Below, piece after piece: positions 61,772 to 64,000 of a DNA stretch of 64,000 bases (position 1 is its first letter; the number at the start of each line of letters is the position of its first letter). The translations under genes and the position numbers were made by a program. Under the pieces are notes generated by a model. The model was given only the letters and a program-made list of their open reading frames with translations. It ran no database searches and had not been told where the DNA came from. The DNA comes from a virus. Taxonomy: Duplodnaviria > Caudoviricetes. The stretch lies in IMG/VR virus record IMGVR_UViG_3300042260_000337. One strand, given 5' to 3'.

Positions 61772-61867
61772 TTACATTCCCATACCAAGACCCTCGCAGC
61801 CGCTATACATAAAGCGACCACACCAAGTGCGGCGAATAATCATCTTATGTGTAGAAGCGGTTTTCAT
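61772..61867 (-). CDS. Candidate 31-aa leader peptide MKTASTHKMIIRRTWCGRFMYSGCEGLGMGM
   Basis: ATG 61867 to TAA 61772; AGGA upstream; between dual promoter and terminator. Confidence 0.55.
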   Translation of the reverse strand: MKTASTHKMIIRRTWCGRFMYSGCEGLGMGM

Positions 61868-61891
61868 TGAAAGTCTTAGTCCTTTGTTTGT

Positions 61892-61933
61892 TTCTATTCT
61901 TTATTTATAGCACTATCAGAGTGATTCGTCAAG
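61892..61933 (-). promoter_or_regulatory. Overlapping sigma70-type (TTGACG-N17-TATAAA) and T4 late-type (TATAAATA) promoter
   Basis: ttgacg aatcactctgatagtgc tataaata; related ATAAATA late-type motifs also at plus 2245, 4219, 7526, 17524, 27800, 43545, 47375, 49908, 54800, 57713. Confidence 0.65.
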
Positions 61934-61976
61934 CATTATCTTCTATTTTATTTATCTTTTTTACATTTTTTCTGTA

Positions 61977-63038
61977 TTATAGACCGTAACGTGTCTTATG
62001 AGCATTGAAGTTTTGAAGTAGTTCTGTTGCACTCAGTGCTCTGTTATAGAACCGTATTCCGCCTAACTTTCCATCTAACCAAGCAAAACTGTTATTGGTG
62101 GAACCAAACTGCAAAAACTCTGGACTATCAAAAAGGGCAGTTGTTGACAAATCACTTCTTGTGAATTTCGCAACTCCATTCCTGTAACCAGTAAGTGATG
62201 CCCCGCTTCTGACTACTGCAACATGATACCAAGTTCCAGTGACCATTGGTTCAGAGTTAGACCATAATCCATGATATAACCAGTTTGTGCCATCAAAACT
62301 ATATCTGAATGTTGGGCGATTTACCGCGCCAAACGCATCTATATATAAACCATAACTTCTGTTTGAGGACGCACCTTCTTTTTCAAAAATGGTTTGGTTA
62401 TTCACAGTATGTGCATCAATATTTACCCATACTTCCCAAGTGAAGTCGTTTGCGCCAACATCCAAAATGTCAGCTTGTGTATCACAAATAGCAGTAGCAG
62501 TAACATCAAAATCTAACACTCCACCATTTGAACTCAAATAAGTTACATCAGTGAGCGTTCCGTTGTATGCATTTGGTGAAAGGTCGTTCAACACAGTTCC
62601 AGTGCCAGGATAACTGTTGCCATCGCCAGGTTCGTAGTAAAGCTGTAGGCCACGTGTAGTCACAATATCGGTAGTTTCAGAAATGACTTCATATGACGCT
62701 GTTATTTGTATATCATTGGCAATACTTGCAAAAGAAACAATCGCATCAGATTCTTCAAGGTAAATGCCAATTTCTTTAGTCATCAAAGAAACAGAGGAAT
62801 TTGCAGGAACAGACACAGTGCTAAAAATAGAGTATGTAATGCCATTTCTTGAAATTTGAACTGTAACAAGAGCAGGATATAGTCTATCCACGTTAGTCGC
62901 TACTATTTGATTTACTTTTATTAGCTTACCAGAACCAGCCTCATTGAACAAAATGACTTTTGGTGTTAGTTGTAGAACGGAGGAAACGCTACTTTCTCCG
63001 TCTATATTTAGACTATTTGCTATATTTGGTGCAGTCAT
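61977..63038 (-). CDS. Virion-associated protein with C-terminal LamG/concanavalin-A-like domain
   Basis: GL.LYY..G..SYPG.GT..DLS; FTWEVWVN; WYHVAVVR; LGGIRFYNRALSA.E..QNFNA.K.RYGL. Confidence 0.75.
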   Translation of the reverse strand: MTAPNIANSLNIDGESSVSSVLQLTPKVILFNEAGSGKLIKVNQIVATNVDRLYPALVTVQISRNGITYSIFSTVSVPANSSVSLMTKEIGIYLEESDAIVSFASIANDIQITASYEVISETTDIVTTRGLQLYYEPGDGNSYPGTGTVLNDLSPNAYNGTLTDVTYLSSNGGVLDFDVTATAICDTQADILDVGANDFTWEVWVNIDAHTVNNQTIFEKEGASSNRSYGLYIDAFGAVNRPTFRYSFDGTNWLYHGLWSNSEPMVTGTWYHVAVVRSGASLTGYRNGVAKFTRSDLSTTALFDSPEFLQFGSTNNSFAWLDGKLGGIRFYNRALSATELLQNFNAHKTRYGL

Positions 63039-63114
63039 ATTATACCTCGTGATCAACATGTATACTTGATTTGAAGTTTTTTGTCAAGAATTATATGCTG
63101 TTTTATTTATCTAT

Positions 63115-64000
63115 TTATATTACGATTACGCCAAGTGGCGGAAACCCATTGAACGCAACCGTTGAGTATGTAGTTGTGTATGCTCCACAGTTCTTGATAA
63201 AGATTCTATCACCAGACTTCAAGTCAGTTGGAAACTTTACTTTGTTAGTTTCATACAAAACATCAGCACTATCACAGGTAGGACCAGCAAGAACACAGGA
63301 CATTGTATCATTGCTACGGCAATCTGGTGTCACAAACTGATACTTGATTGCTTCTTCTGCGGTTTCTGCAAGGCCACTGAACTTACCAATATCCAAGTAA
63401 ACCCAACGAACTTCGTCACCTTCATTTTTAGTTGACACAAGTAGAACATTGGCAGAAATCATACCAACATTTCCAACCATACCACGGCCAGGTTCTGCCA
63501 TGATATACTCAACAACGCCAAACTTATCCGAAATCATCTGTGTGAGTAGTTGGCAGTATGCCTCTGAATCGGTGATAGGAACGCCATAGAAGGCAGGAAA
63601 TCCACCACCTATGTTGAGTAGCTTCATATCAAAGCCATTGCTTACAGCGTCTTTCCAGACCTCTGAGGCATATGTCAGAGTGTCATCCCACATTTCTGGA
63701 TGACGAGTTTGCGACCCAACATGGAAGCTAATACCGATTGGTTTCAGCCCAACAGATTTAGCATACTTCATGAGAGGAATAGCTTTTGATTGTCCGCATC
63801 CAAACTTACGACTCAATGGCCATTCCGCTTGTGAGTTTGTAACTAATAGGCGAATGAATACTTCACTGTTCGGTGCGTATTTTGCTATCTTGTCTAGTTC
63901 TTCTTCTGCATCTGCTGCATAAAGTTTGATACCTTGTGCATACGCATATTCAAGGTCTGCTGGACGCTTTACCGTGTTTCCAAAACTAATGTGTTCTGGT
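63115..64000 (-). CDS. Ornithine/lysine decarboxylase (PLP, group IV), 5'-truncated at window edge
   Basis: Frame open to window end (PEHISFGNTVKR..AEWPLSRKFGC); SFHVGSQ, NIGGGFP, EPGR, GPTCDS.D, GAYT. Confidence 0.92.
   Translation of the reverse strand, partial: PEHISFGNTVKRPADLEYAYAQGIKLYAADAEEELDKIAKYAPNSEVFIRLLVTNSQAEWPLSRKFGCGQSKAIPLMKYAKSVGLKPIGISFHVGSQTRHPEMWDDTLTYASEVWKDAVSNGFDMKLLNIGGGFPAFYGVPITDSEAYCQLLTQMISDKFGVVEYIMAEPGRGMVGNVGMISANVLLVSTKNEGDEVRWVYLDIGKFSGLAETAEEAIKYQFVTPDCRSNDTMSCVLAGPTCDSADVLYETNKVKFPTDLKSGDRIFIKNCGAYTTTYSTVAFNGFPPLGVIVI

Overview
64-kb segment of a large, AT-rich, T4-like (jumbo) dsDNA phage genome, almost all genes on the minus strand. Several independent sequence cues point to an alphaproteobacterial host: a GANTC/GcrA-type motif in 16 promoters, tRNA-His with A73 and no G-1, an alpha-type fMet tRNA body, and an alpha-type ornithine decarboxylase. 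Layout: 1-12 kb virion/fibre genes; 12-19 kb ClpA, J-domain protein, spanins, IF-1, PhoH, HD hydrolase; 19-36 kb small early genes with RNA ligase 1, HNH, NAMPT + NMNAT-Nudix NAD salvage and RNA-repair-type domains; 36-51 kb Smr, polysaccharide lyase, dioxygenase, clamp loader, GroES, DnaE fragment, MazG-like, deaminase, radical SAM, GH19 endolysin; 51.5-62 kb a stable-RNA region; then a LamG protein and a truncated ornithine decarboxylase. The stable-RNA region is the most striking part. Besides 17 recognisable tRNAs it holds: (i) a ~185-nt structured RNA carrying a near-exact copy of 23S rRNA helix 43 (uL11/GTPase-associated centre), ~1.2 kb from a stand-alone bL12 C-terminal-domain-like gene; (ii) a circularly permuted tRNA gene; (iii) a 157-nt tRNA-Leu with an 86-nt variable arm and a 120-nt Leu-type body with no anticodon loop and two T-loops; (iv) six non-tRNA structured RNAs ending in acceptor-like stem + NCCA; (v) upstream control by a 31-codon leader peptide with terminator/antiterminator geometry plus an rrn-like boxB/boxA. 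All structures were folded by eye and protein calls rest on motif recognition; no searches were run.
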